A stretch of 64,000 bases of DNA from Candidatus Adlerbacteria bacterium. Its GTDB lineage: Bacteria; Patescibacteriota; Minisyncoccia; Phycocordibacterales; SBAW01. The notes below the pieces were generated by a model, which saw only the letters and a list, made by a program, of their open reading frames with translations, ran no database searches and was not told the DNA's origin. Positions 31,922 through 41,951 of this stretch are shown here, piece after piece. Where the stretch lies: NCBI GenBank assembly GCA_903851045.1, contig CAINNF010000023.1:202-64201 (forward strand). The letters run 5' to 3'. The position numbers and the translations under genes are program-made. Every line of letters starts with the position of its first letter. The stretch's first letter is position 1.

Positions 31922-34378
31922 ATGTTCTACGCGCAACTACAACAAAAAGCGGAGATATATGCCGGAGCGCTCCTTGTCGAAGACGTCGTCTCTACTCGTA
32001 TACGACAGATCATCACCGGCGTCAGTGGGCTGCTAGCGGTGCTATGCTTCGCGGTCCTCATCGTGGGCAGCATCACGTTGAAGGTGCCGTTCGCGCCGTA
32101 CGCCCATTTCTGCATGGGAGGATGCCTGTTCTTCGTCTCGGTCTGGCTGCTGTTCGCGCTCCTCGACGCGTTCTACAGTTCGTACTACTTCCTCGACGTA
32201 CGGTGCACGCTCAAAGAGCCTGCGATGGGCACGGATGTGCCCCTGAGCTTCGAGGTCGCACGGATGATCAGCGGCGAGGATAGGAGCGACAGCACCCTCG
32301 CGCTCATGCGTTCGAACTTCGGCCTCGAAGTGTTGACGCGACTCGGATTGAACGCCAGCGACATACAACAATTCTTCAACACGCGAACGGCACCCCCCGA
32401 CAGCAGTGTGTTGGAGTTCGGGACGGACCGGATCACCGCCCCCTTGTTCGCACACGTGGTGTATAAGAGCGATCAAGCCTTCTCGTCGTTCCTGTTCGCA
32501 CAGGGTATACAAGAAAAGGACTTCGTGGGAGCGTCTGAGTGGGTGTCGAACACGCGCGACCGCGCGAAACGTCTTGAGCGTTGGTGGAGCAGGGATTCGC
32601 TTGGGCGAACGCCAAGTCTCGGCAAACAGTGGTCATATGGTCAGATCCACAATCTCCAAAAGTTCTCCGCCGAACTCTTCTCCAGCGAGAGCGTCGGTGC
32701 CGCAGCCTCGACCAGCGAGATCGATCAGCTCGAGAACGTGCTTGTGCGTGCTCGTGGTGCCAATGCGCTCATCGTCGCCGACCTGGGTTCCGGCGAGATG
32801 GACATCGTCTATGGTCTCCTCGGGAGGATCCGCGCAGGCACTGTGCTACCGCCACTGGAAGGCAAGCGCATACTGCGATTCCTAGCGGGCGTTCTGATCG
32901 ACGCCTCGCAGGGCAACAAAACCTCCTTCGAGACCTCCTTCGTGATGCTCCTGAACGAGGCGATCCGTGCAGGAGACATCATCCTGCTCCTGGAGGACCT
33001 CCCTGGACTCATCGAGAACGCGCGCAGTATCGGCGTCGACCTCTCGAGCTTACTGAGCCCCTACCTCACCTCGTCCAACGTCCAGATCGTCGCCATCGCG
33101 GACAAAGGGCGTTTCCACGAGACGATTGAGAGCGATACGACGCTGCGTAACGGCTTCGAGATCATTCGCGTCACCGAGAAGGATGAGAAGCTGCTCACCG
33201 CCATCCTCGAGGACGAGGTGCTGGTCGCAGAAGCTCGGTCCGGCCTGGTCTTTACCTTCCAAGCGGTCGAGGCGCTGGCGAGCAGTGTCACCCGTTTTTT
33301 TGCCGATGACGTGCCGCTCGACAAAGCGAAGGACCTACTCGAAGAACTGCCGATCGCGGTGCAGCGCACGGGCAGGAGTCTCATCACACGTGAGGACGTA
33401 CAAGCACTGGTCGCCACCAAGACAGGCGTACCACAGGAAGGTGCGGTGACGGACAGCGAAAAGGACAAGCTACTCAACCTCGAGTCGATACTCCACGGCA
33501 GGGTCATCGGTCAGGACGAAGCGATCGAAGGTGTCGCCAACACCATGCGGCGAGCACGTGCCGGACTGCGCAACCCCAACCGACCACTAGGTTCGTTCCT
33601 CTTCCTCGGACCTACCGGTGTCGGCAAGACCGAGACCGCGAAAGCGCTCGAAGAGGTCTTCTTCGGCGCACAGGCACCGATGCTGCGACTCGATATGTCC
33701 GAGTACTCCGACGCGGGGGCGCTCCAGCGGCTCATCGGCTCGTTCGAAGGCGGCAAGTCCGGCACGCTCGTGTCGTTGCTGCGCGACCAGCAGTACGGCG
33801 TGCTGCTGCTCGACGAGTTCGAAAAAGCCAGCGACGACGTACACAATCTCTTCCTTCAGGTGCTCGATGAAGGAGTGTTCTCCGACGCTCAGGGCAAGAA
33901 GGTCAACGCGCGCAATACTATCATCATCGCCACATCGAACGCTGGCAGTGACCGCATCTTCACGATCGTGTCCGAGGGCAAGGATCTCGCCGCGGAGAAG
34001 GACTCGTTTATCGCGGCACTGATCGAAAACAAGATCTTCCGGCCCGAACTTATCAACCGTTTCGACGGTGTGGTCCTTTTTCATCCGCTCAAAAAAGAGC
34101 AGATGGCTGACATAGCGACGCTCCAAATAAAGAAGCTGGCCGGACGACTCGCAGCACAAGGACTCAAGCTCTCGATCACCCCTACCCTCGTCGACTACCT
34201 CATCCGCAACGGATTCAACGAGAAGTTCGGTGCGCGCTCGATGAACCGGGTCCTCCAGGAGAATGTGGAGAAGTTGTTGGCCGAAAGCCTCATCCGAGGC
34301 GATGTGAAGACGGGCGCCACCGTCGAACTCGTTTCCGCTCCCGACTCTCCGGATACGCTCACCGTACAGGTCGTGTGA
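31922..34378 (+). CDS. membrane-anchored Clp/Hsp100-like AAA+ ATPase with degenerate first ATPase domain
   Basis: 818 aa. N-terminal TM helices. D2 module intact: Walker A GPTGVGKTE, Walker B LLLDEFEKA, RPELINRFD, sensor-2 GARSMNRV. No Walker A in the D1-equivalent region. Confidence 0.8.
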   Translation: MFYAQLQQKAEIYAGALLVEDVVSTRIRQIITGVSGLLAVLCFAVLIVGSITLKVPFAPYAHFCMGGCLFFVSVWLLFALLDAFYSSYYFLDVRCTLKEPAMGTDVPLSFEVARMISGEDRSDSTLALMRSNFGLEVLTRLGLNASDIQQFFNTRTAPPDSSVLEFGTDRITAPLFAHVVYKSDQAFSSFLFAQGIQEKDFVGASEWVSNTRDRAKRLERWWSRDSLGRTPSLGKQWSYGQIHNLQKFSAELFSSESVGAAASTSEIDQLENVLVRARGANALIVADLGSGEMDIVYGLLGRIRAGTVLPPLEGKRILRFLAGVLIDASQGNKTSFETSFVMLLNEAIRAGDIILLLEDLPGLIENARSIGVDLSSLLSPYLTSSNVQIVAIADKGRFHETIESDTTLRNGFEIIRVTEKDEKLLTAILEDEVLVAEARSGLVFTFQAVEALASSVTRFFADDVPLDKAKDLLEELPIAVQRTGRSLITREDVQALVATKTGVPQEGAVTDSEKDKLLNLESILHGRVIGQDEAIEGVANTMRRARAGLRNPNRPLGSFLFLGPTGVGKTETAKALEEVFFGAQAPMLRLDMSEYSDAGALQRLIGSFEGGKSGTLVSLLRDQQYGVLLLDEFEKASDDVHNLFLQVLDEGVFSDAQGKKVNARNTIIIATSNAGSDRIFTIVSEGKDLAAEKDSFIAALIENKIFRPELINRFDGVVLFHPLKKEQMADIATLQIKKLAGRLAAQGLKLSITPTLVDYLIRNGFNEKFGARSMNRVLQENVEKLLAESLIRGDVKTGATVELVSAPDSPDTLTVQVV

Positions 34379-34507
34379 CACCTTGCGCGGCGATGGGACA
34401 TGCACCAAAAACCGGGTACCGTACGTAGACCTGTATAGGAGTTCAAAAATGCCCATCTCCGAAGACTGGCGGTTTTGAACCCCTGAAACTGTAAGGGATA
34501 TTAATGG

Positions 34508-35077
34508 ATGCTACGTGTTCTTGTCGTGTGTTTCGTGCTTTTTGACGGGGCTTCTCCATGCCTCGCCAAAGACATACACGGAACGACCACGCAGGCAACT
34601 GTGGGAACGAAAGTTAGAGCGAATTCGAGTTACTACGACGAACGAGGGAAGCTGTTGGCCGATGGCACCTGCTTCCAGGACGTCGTAGAAGTTGCCGCAG
34701 GTTCACCGACACTGCTTCATACTATCGTTCGGGTTGAAAATCCAGAGACGGGTGCGGTCATCGGGCGCGTATACATCAGGGATGTACACGGCTCCTGCCC
34801 ACAAGGTGACGTGTGTCTAGACCTGACACGATCAGCTGCTCGACAATTGGACCTTCTTGAAAGAGGGAGAATGCGACTCACCGCGACGGTCGTGGGATAC
34901 TTCCCCGCCGAACACCACCAAGAACATGCGTGTGGACCGACACACACTCGCACGACACGTTCCCAACCTCAGCACCGCCCCAGACCATCGGGGCGGATTT
35001 TTTTGACCCCGTCTCCCCTACTCGGTCGTCGCTTCGGCGAAATGCAAGAGTCGCAGGAATCGAAACAGTCGAAGTAA
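34508..35077 (+). CDS. secreted RlpA-like double-psi beta-barrel (DPBB) protein
   Basis: Signal peptide MLRVLVVCFVLFDGASPCLA. DPBB-like core (YYDERGKLLADGT...VIGRVYIRDVHGSCPQGDVCLDLTRSAARQL). Low-complexity C-tail. Confidence 0.5.
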   Translation: MLRVLVVCFVLFDGASPCLAKDIHGTTTQATVGTKVRANSSYYDERGKLLADGTCFQDVVEVAAGSPTLLHTIVRVENPETGAVIGRVYIRDVHGSCPQGDVCLDLTRSAARQLDLLERGRMRLTATVVGYFPAEHHQEHACGPTHTRTTRSQPQHRPRPSGRIFLTPSPLLGRRFGEMQESQESKQSK

Positions 35078-35395
35078 TCGCAACGCTTGCGTGAGCGGTG
35101 TCGTGATAGGAATGGCCGCCAACAGTTCCCACCAACGAGCCTTGAAGAACTTCTTTCGCTTTTTGGCCATCAGAAACTTGAACGCGAACTCTCCAAGGAA
35201 TACCATCGCGATACACAGGTCGACCAGATCGAACACCTGCGTCTGTTCCTCCGACAGCGTCGTCGTGAACTCGAGGAACAACAACAGCGCGCTGATGAGC
35301 GCCAAGGTCACCATTGCACCTTCGATCCACCATGCGGTTTTTACACGCCTCATCTTCTTCAGCGCGCGCGACTTCCACTTCCCTCTGTGTGCCAT
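35018..35395 (-). CDS. short membrane protein resembling an isolated voltage-sensor (S1-S4) fragment
   Basis: 125 aa. Two to three TM helices, then LRLLRLFRFLRLL with Arg at every third position, like an S4 helix. The 3' end overlaps the convergent gene by 60 nt. Confidence 0.4.
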   Translation of the reverse strand: MAHRGKWKSRALKKMRRVKTAWWIEGAMVTLALISALLLFLEFTTTLSEEQTQVFDLVDLCIAMVFLGEFAFKFLMAKKRKKFFKARWWELLAAIPITTPLTQALRLLRLFRFLRLLHFAEATTE

Positions 35396-35465
35396 AGGTC
35401 TAGAGTACTACCCGCACACAGTATTTGACAAATCTATTTTTTAATATTATAACTTATTGTAAACT

Positions 35466-35494
35466 TGACACTAAGTATCCAAAAGGATACTCTT
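35466..35494 (+). promoter_or_regulatory. sigma70-like promoter upstream of the PP2C/kinase/pncA/vWA/pncB operon
   Basis: TTGACA, 17-nt spacer, TACTCT, in an AT-rich leader. A perfect inverted repeat TTGACgaatataGTCAA (35512..35528) lies just downstream and may be an operator. Confidence 0.35.
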
Positions 35495-35600
35495 TACTCA
35501 GACATCAAACATGTTGACGAATATAGTCAAATGTTGTAAAAGAAAGCCTGTTCCTTGAGAACTGAATACCCATTGCAACAACACACAAAGGTTCACGGCC

Positions 35601-36392
35601 ATGGCCCAACGTCTGCGTCTCAGGCGCGCTACCAAGCACGGCAGTAACCACATCCGTCTCGGTTTCAACAACCAGGATGCAGCTGAAGCCCAAACGTTCG
35701 CTATCCCCTCGCGGGGTCAGGCGTACTACGTCGGGCTCGTCTCTGACGGATGTACCGGGAACCCGATGTGGAGCCACAACGAAGTCGGCGCGAGTTTGCT
35801 CACGCTCTATGCGTACCGGCGGATCCAAGAACTGGTGTGCTCCGGCATATCACTCAGCGATATCCCGAAGGTGCTCTATCCGAGTTGCACGGAGTTCCTG
35901 CTCGACCTGATGGGCAAAGTAATGCCCTCACATGTCGTATGGAAATATCCGACGCCACCCAAAGGACGCGACACCTGGAGCGGCCAAACGCGCTTCAAGA
36001 ACGATTACCTTTCGGCCACCCTCGTCGGCTTTATAACTGATGGGGAGCAGCTGGTGGTCTTCTCGGCTGGTGATGGGATTATCCTCGTGAATGACGAAGT
36101 GACCATCATCGACCAGAACGACCTTCCCGAATACCTGTCGGTCTCGATCAACGACCCGAACCAAGGCTTTGCCGTTTCAACCAGAGCTTTTGCCGAGGTG
36201 CGACGGCTCGCCATCATGACCGACGGCCTGAAAGGGCTTGTCGGTGACACGCGGTTCGTAGCGAGCATGTTCGGTTCGGAGCACGAGAATCCCTTGGCGC
36301 TCCAGTTCCTCTTGAACCGTACGTTCAATGCTACACCCAACCTGATGAGCGACGACTGCACGGTCGTCACACTCGAGCGGGAGGACGAATAG
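35601..36392 (+). CDS. PP2C-family Ser/Thr protein phosphatase
   Basis: 263 aa. Motifs GFNNQDAAEA (metal-binding Asp), VSDGCTG (DGxGG-like), FSAGDGIIL, MTDGL. Stop TAG abuts the kinase ATG. Confidence 0.7.
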   Translation: MAQRLRLRRATKHGSNHIRLGFNNQDAAEAQTFAIPSRGQAYYVGLVSDGCTGNPMWSHNEVGASLLTLYAYRRIQELVCSGISLSDIPKVLYPSCTEFLLDLMGKVMPSHVVWKYPTPPKGRDTWSGQTRFKNDYLSATLVGFITDGEQLVVFSAGDGIILVNDEVTIIDQNDLPEYLSVSINDPNQGFAVSTRAFAEVRRLAIMTDGLKGLVGDTRFVASMFGSEHENPLALQFLLNRTFNATPNLMSDDCTVVTLEREDE

Positions 36393-38345
36393 ATGTATCG
36401 AATAGATACGACGGAATACCAAGAAGACCGGCGGGTGAAACTAGGAGGTGGTTCGGAGGGTACGGTCTACGCCTTCCCTGCGGATCCGCTCGATTGCGTA
36501 AAACTCTTCCATCCTCCAGAAAAAGGAAACAAGGAGGCGGCAACAATCGCCGCCTATCGCGCACGGAAGATCGAGGGCATCCTCAAGCTTCCGATCACGC
36601 TGCCTGAGCAGTTCATTCTGCCAAAGGCAGCAGCCCACGATGCGAACGGCGGGGTGACTGGCTTCCTCATGCGGCGCGTACCTGCACACTATGGCAAGAT
36701 AAAGTTGCTCCTAGAATCGCGATTCCGTACCGACTACCAAATCGGTCTGCGCGAGATAAGCCGATTGTTCGCGGATATTCTCGACGATCTTGCGCTCGTG
36801 CACACTTCGAACATAGTTGTCGGCGACATAAACGCAGGCAGCATCATGATCGATCCAAAGCTCGCGCGCGCGTGGGTAGATGCGGATTCCTGGAGCTATC
36901 CGGGGTTCCCTTCCCTCGCAACGACCGAACTCTTCTGCCACCCGGACCTCTATCCGAACATTGGTGGTAGCGGCACGTTCGTAAGGCACCAACCACACCA
37001 CGATCGGTTTTCGATCGCGATCATGTATGTGCTGATGGCAATCCACGGTGCACACCCGTTCCGCATGGGGCTGCATCCTCAGTACAGCAGCTTGCAGGAT
37101 AGGACGCGCCAAAAGCTCACCATCTTCGACCAAAGCGTCCAATACCCGGCATATCTGCCTAAGCGTGAGATTCTCAGCGACGAGCTGATCAACACGCTTT
37201 TGCAGGTTCTCACCCGCACAACCAACGAACCGATCCCGACCGACCTTCTTCGTACGTTCGCTCACACGGTGGTGGTGTGCGCCAACTGCGGCGCGCAATA
37301 TCATCCATCTCGCAAGCACTGCCCCCAGTGCCACACGACGACCGCGATCGACATCGGCAAGCTCACCAAACTCACCATCGACGACGCCTACTTCACCACG
37401 CGCGGTACGATCCTCTTCGTACAGTCGGTCGGTACCGAACTTCGTGTTATCGTGCGCGTCGGAAACAGCATCGAGATCGTATGTGCGAGCGACACCAATC
37501 AATCGCACACGATACGAACCAGTCTCGCAGCCATACCGGGCGCTGCCTACCGCTTCTTCGACACCTACCTCGCCGTCTGCACGAACCCGTTCGCACCGTC
37601 ACCAGTACACATCACAGTGTATCGGCTCAACGGCACAAGATTGGATCGTGTAACTCAGACGTCGACCGGAAGTCTTGAGAACGCAGCGGCATTGTTCGAC
37701 ACGTCGTCTCGGTTCTTATATCGCACGGCAGGTAACACCCTACTGTGCAGCCGAGTCTTCGGCGCAACGACACTCGACGAGCCGGTCATGCAAGTCTTCG
37801 GCTCGCAGACATGGTTCACCGTTGATCACGCGCCAGCGAATGCTCACGAGGTGATCTTCGGCTACGACCGAGCGCTCAGGGACTGGCAGTGGTTCGTCGT
37901 CCGCGGCAACAAGGACGGCGACCGCTTCGAGCACCATATCGCTCCGGTGACGACGCTGCGTAGCGGCGAGAAACTCGTCGACTTCGCAGTGTACTTCAAC
38001 GCAGACTCGGTGCTGCTGGTGCGCTCGACACTCTATCGTGGTATCGGACATGTCCGGTACGCGGTGATCGGTTTCGAGGGTACGGTGCGCCTTGAGCGCA
38101 TGCTCACCTCGAAGGATACCGCCTACGCATACTGGGAACATGTTTCCGGAAAGCTCTATCAGGCGACCGGGGTCGTACACGTGATGCCCGACGGACTCGT
38201 CAAACACACGTTCGCGACCGACACCTATGAATTGCTTGTCGGTACAAAAAACGTCGCGGCCCAGTCGGATATTCTGATCAAGCTCGACAGCGGCGTAGGC
38301 ATCATCAAGAACAGGAGTATCACACGCTTCTCGAAAAAGAAGTGA
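36393..38345 (+). CDS. Ser/Thr protein-kinase-like protein with internal Zn-ribbon and C-terminal beta-rich domain
   Basis: Gly-rich loop LGGGSEGTVY. Lys in VKLF. Catalytic-loop-like HTSNIVVGDINAGSIMID. DADS (DFG-like). C-x2-C-x11-C-x2-C ribbon (CANCG...CPQC). Roughly 300-aa C-terminal domain. Confidence 0.65.
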   Translation: MYRIDTTEYQEDRRVKLGGGSEGTVYAFPADPLDCVKLFHPPEKGNKEAATIAAYRARKIEGILKLPITLPEQFILPKAAAHDANGGVTGFLMRRVPAHYGKIKLLLESRFRTDYQIGLREISRLFADILDDLALVHTSNIVVGDINAGSIMIDPKLARAWVDADSWSYPGFPSLATTELFCHPDLYPNIGGSGTFVRHQPHHDRFSIAIMYVLMAIHGAHPFRMGLHPQYSSLQDRTRQKLTIFDQSVQYPAYLPKREILSDELINTLLQVLTRTTNEPIPTDLLRTFAHTVVVCANCGAQYHPSRKHCPQCHTTTAIDIGKLTKLTIDDAYFTTRGTILFVQSVGTELRVIVRVGNSIEIVCASDTNQSHTIRTSLAAIPGAAYRFFDTYLAVCTNPFAPSPVHITVYRLNGTRLDRVTQTSTGSLENAAALFDTSSRFLYRTAGNTLLCSRVFGATTLDEPVMQVFGSQTWFTVDHAPANAHEVIFGYDRALRDWQWFVVRGNKDGDRFEHHIAPVTTLRSGEKLVDFAVYFNADSVLLVRSTLYRGIGHVRYAVIGFEGTVRLERMLTSKDTAYAYWEHVSGKLYQATGVVHVMPDGLVKHTFATDTYELLVGTKNVAAQSDILIKLDSGVGIIKNRSITRFSKKK

Positions 38346-38395
38346 CTTGCTACAGCCTTACGTCTACCCACCACCCCGTATAAGGAACAACGACC

Positions 38396-39466
38396 ATGAG
38401 TCAGATCTCTGTGATCATCGCCGACCACGCCCCGCTCGTGTATACACCGAAGTTCTGGGACCCTGCGAAGGCGTACCAGGACTTCAAGCCCGCCCTCGAA
38501 GGGGCGTATACGGAAGGCGTCGAATACGCCCGAAAGCACGCTCTGGAACCTGCACATTCGCTTATCGCACGCGGCATCGGCCATGCCGCATGGCTCACCG
38601 ACCTGCAGCAGGACTTCCGTGACAACGGACGTCTGCCCGTGAAAGGAACCGACACCGCCGTGCTGCGCACGTGCGTCCGGCTCCTGAACGGTACGGTCTC
38701 CGGCTACTTTGCTGGCGTCATTGAGTCTCGTGATGGCCACCCCGGCCAGCATATCTCGTATGACATCTACTGGCGCGATCAGCAAGGCAACGCCCTTGAT
38801 CTGCGCCAACATGGCAACGCCGCATGTCTCACGCTTGTCGATGAACAAAAGGCAGTGTTCAAGGCCTATGGCTTCAATGCCAATGGCCCGTACGACATCG
38901 GCTACTTCCAGCCTCGCTTCGATGCCGCGCCGCCGAGAAACCCAAACGTTCCCGACCGTTCGGCCGTGAGCTACTGGAAACATCTCCAAGCGACCGGCCA
39001 AGGCGACATCTGGGCGTTCACTGTCCACTGCAAGCTCGGCACCGACGGCGCCAACGTGCACCCACTCCTCTTGGAGGTGCTGGCGTTCATCGAAGGCGCG
39101 CTGTCGATGCAGGAGACTATCGTCGCCAAAGGGCATATCAGCACGACCGACTGGTTCGGCGCGTTCGAACCCTGCTGGCCTGATGCCGGCCACCCACAAG
39201 GGGGTCTGCAGAAGGCAATCATCGACGGCTTCAAGCCCTTCGTGACTGTGGAGGCATTCGGCGTTGCCGAGGACTTCTGCGTCTACCACGGCAAGCGGCA
39301 AGCGATGCTCTATCTGCAAGGCACCGAGCACTTCGCAAAGCTCCGCTTCGTCACTGACGGCACCGCTGCGATCATCCCGAACGCAGCGCATGTGATCGCC
39401 CAGAACGAACTGGCGCGCAAAGGTGGCATCAAGTTCATCACCCACGACGCACCCTTGGCAGCGTAG
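38396..39466 (+). CDS. pncA: nicotinamidase / isochorismatase-family hydrolase with ~140-aa N-terminal extension
   Basis: C-terminal 210 aa carry PncA-like motifs: LTLVDEQ (Asp), IWAFTVHCKLGTDGANVHPLL (WPxHCV-like), IVAKG (Lys), GVAEDFCV (catalytic Cys). Confidence 0.6.
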   Translation: MSQISVIIADHAPLVYTPKFWDPAKAYQDFKPALEGAYTEGVEYARKHALEPAHSLIARGIGHAAWLTDLQQDFRDNGRLPVKGTDTAVLRTCVRLLNGTVSGYFAGVIESRDGHPGQHISYDIYWRDQQGNALDLRQHGNAACLTLVDEQKAVFKAYGFNANGPYDIGYFQPRFDAAPPRNPNVPDRSAVSYWKHLQATGQGDIWAFTVHCKLGTDGANVHPLLLEVLAFIEGALSMQETIVAKGHISTTDWFGAFEPCWPDAGHPQGGLQKAIIDGFKPFVTVEAFGVAEDFCVYHGKRQAMLYLQGTEHFAKLRFVTDGTAAIIPNAAHVIAQNELARKGGIKFITHDAPLAA

Positions 39467-39476
39467 GCTCGAAGAC

Positions 39477-39502
39477 CGCCAGCGGCACAAGTGCCGCTGG
39501 CG
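39477..39502 (+). other. perfect GC-rich palindromic hairpin between pncA-like and vWA genes
   Basis: cgccagcggcac-aa-gtgccgctggcg (12 bp). Not followed by a U-tract. Possible processing or attenuation site, or a protein-binding palindrome. Confidence 0.4.
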
Positions 39503-39538
39503 CCTCTCTCCCGAACGAACAATATAGGAGTACGCCTC

Positions 39539-40381
39539 ATGGCCTCTCAAACGGTTAATCCGACCGATATCGCATCGTTCTTCGCTGATCCTGCCGCAAG
39601 CAACGCCATCACCCTGGGCGCCCAGCAAATCGCTGCACCCGTGGTGAGTGGTCAAGCGATCACCTTCGAAGACCTGTCCCAAGGCGGCGGCATTCGGATC
39701 GTGTTCCTTGTCATCGATGCATCTCCTTCGATGGAGCCGGTCGCGGATCTTCTCCGCGACAGCTTTAACAAGGATTTCATCCCTGCGGTCCAGGATGCTC
39801 GCGCCGACGATATCGCAGTACTGCGCATCGGCGGCCTGGCATTCTCGACGAAGATCACGCCAATCTGGCAGAGCGGCGGAAACGGCTTCCATGCTTTGGA
39901 CCAACTTCCCAAGTTGACCAAGGCAGAATACGACCCCGAACAAGGGTGGGGCACCGCACTACACAAGGCGATCCTCACCGGCACCGCAACTGCCGTCAGC
40001 TATGCGGCTCTCCTGCGCGCCCAGATGGGCATCCAACCCGAGGTAGACGTGATCACGTTCACCGACGGTGCCAACAACGAACAGCCTGCAGACCCAGCCG
40101 AGGTTCGCACGGTCATCGTCGGTGGTCGCAGCACTCTCGTGCGACACACGTTCCTGTACTTCCAGACGGACCTGGGAGCAAGGAATCCGCAGAAGATCGG
40201 GCTTGATCTCGGCTATGACGGCGAGAACATCTCGGTCTTCACGAAAAAGCCCAACGAGTCCAGCGAGAGCTATGCGAGCCGCTTCCGTCGCCTGATGCGA
40301 GTCATGAGCCGCGTGTCGGCTTCGCGCGGCGCAAGCGCCACGAACGCAGCCGCTGCCGTCGTGGAAGAAGACGCGGTCTAG
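39539..40381 (+). CDS. von Willebrand factor type A (vWA) domain protein (TerY-like)
   Basis: Start MASQTV (ATG 39539, AGGAG 8 nt upstream). MIDAS DxSxS motif as IDASPSM. FTDGANN. 281 aa. Confidence 0.75.
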   Translation: MASQTVNPTDIASFFADPAASNAITLGAQQIAAPVVSGQAITFEDLSQGGGIRIVFLVIDASPSMEPVADLLRDSFNKDFIPAVQDARADDIAVLRIGGLAFSTKITPIWQSGGNGFHALDQLPKLTKAEYDPEQGWGTALHKAILTGTATAVSYAALLRAQMGIQPEVDVITFTDGANNEQPADPAEVRTVIVGGRSTLVRHTFLYFQTDLGARNPQKIGLDLGYDGENISVFTKKPNESSESYASRFRRLMRVMSRVSASRGASATNAAAAVVEEDAV

Positions 40382-40550
40382 TTCAACATTGCGATGGGTA
40401 TGATCGGCGCTCCGTAAGGAGATGAGTCGAGACACGTTCTACACACTTCGGGGGAGGTCACTGACCTCCCCCTCTTTATAAGGCGCCTGGACCCTTCGGG
40501 CGTCGTTAGAGAAGTTCTTTATCACTCACACAACAACAGGAAACCATCCG

Positions 40551-41909
40551 ATGACCGACTTCGTTGGACGTGTACTGCGACCCGAGCGAGACAACTGGGT
40601 CATCCGGTCGCTCCTCCATATAGACTTCTACAAGTTCACGATGGGACTGTTCATCTACCGATACTTCCGTGGTGTCGAGGTGACGTTTGCGTTCATCAAC
40701 CGTCACCTGCACATTCCGCTCGCACGCATCGTCGATGAAATAGAACTGCGGCGACAGCTTGACCATGCGCGTACGCTCATAATCCAGCATGTGGACCTCT
40801 TCTTCCTGCGGAGCATGGACGTCTTCGGATATCCTATGTTCCCGCCGGACTACCTCGAGTTCCTCATGCAGCTGCGACTCGGCACGTACAAGCTGGAACG
40901 TGTCGGCGACCAATATCGCCTCACATTCACCGGCCCCTGGGAGGTAGTCACCTTTTGGGAAACGATCGCACTGTCGATCATCACCGAGCTCTTCTATCGC
41001 ACACTCATGGAGAGCATGACGGAAACGCAGCTCAACGTACTGTTCGGTCGCATGTACGACAAGCTCTACCGAAAGCTGGAGCGTTTGGCGACAAGACCGT
41101 GGATTCGGTTCGCGGACTTCAGCACTCGGCGACACTTTTCTCGCCTGTGGCAGCGTACCGCCGTTATAATGGCTCGCGAGATGGTCCCGACGCAGTTCAC
41201 AGGTACGAGCAATGCACAACTTGCCCGTGAACTGGACTGCACACCGATCGGCACCTACGCGCACGAACTGCCGATCGTAGTGACCGCGCTCGCTCCCCGG
41301 GCACAGCGAATAACGGCACAATACACGGTGCTACCGCTGTGGGCCAGCTTGTTCCCCAAGGGAGGCTTGCGTATCACTCTGCCGGACACGTACGGGACGA
41401 AGGCATTCTTTAAGCACATGCCGCCCGACTTGGCCGAGCAGGTGGCGCGAGAGTGGCGCGGATTCAGAGATGACTCCGGCGACACTATCGCAAATGGAAG
41501 ACAGTACGTCGGTTGGTATGCGCAATTCGGCATCAACCCAAAGCAAGACGGGAAGATCATGATCCCGTCCGACGGGCTCGATGTTGACCCGATGTTCGCG
41601 ATCGATGATGCTCTTCGCGAACTCATCGGTCTTGCCAACGGCTGGGGAACCAACTTTGGCAACGGCATCGAAGGATGCCATCCTCGACCCGACGACGAAG
41701 CGGTGGTGCGTGGCGAGAAGCTCGGCATCAGCAATGATGTACTCTTCCGTGGTCACTCGTTCATCTGCAAGCCTGCGTTCGCGAACAACAACCCGTGCGT
41801 CAAGATCTCCAACAATCCCAACAAGGCAACGGGCGACAGCTATGCTGTAGCCGAGTACACAAAGGACTTCGGTACGGAAGGCCACGTCGCGCAAGACGTG
41901 CTCGTGTAA
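40551..41909 (+). CDS. pncB: nicotinate phosphoribosyltransferase family protein
   Basis: 452 aa. N-terminal LHIDFYKFTM resembles the NAPRTase TDxYKxTM motif. Size and composition are typical of the PncB family. Confidence 0.65.
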   Translation: MTDFVGRVLRPERDNWVIRSLLHIDFYKFTMGLFIYRYFRGVEVTFAFINRHLHIPLARIVDEIELRRQLDHARTLIIQHVDLFFLRSMDVFGYPMFPPDYLEFLMQLRLGTYKLERVGDQYRLTFTGPWEVVTFWETIALSIITELFYRTLMESMTETQLNVLFGRMYDKLYRKLERLATRPWIRFADFSTRRHFSRLWQRTAVIMAREMVPTQFTGTSNAQLARELDCTPIGTYAHELPIVVTALAPRAQRITAQYTVLPLWASLFPKGGLRITLPDTYGTKAFFKHMPPDLAEQVAREWRGFRDDSGDTIANGRQYVGWYAQFGINPKQDGKIMIPSDGLDVDPMFAIDDALRELIGLANGWGTNFGNGIEGCHPRPDDEAVVRGEKLGISNDVLFRGHSFICKPAFANNNPCVKISNNPNKATGDSYAVAEYTKDFGTEGHVAQDVLV

Positions 41910-41951
41910 GTGCCTACACTCAGATCCCCAAGCGAGATGCTTGGGGATTTT

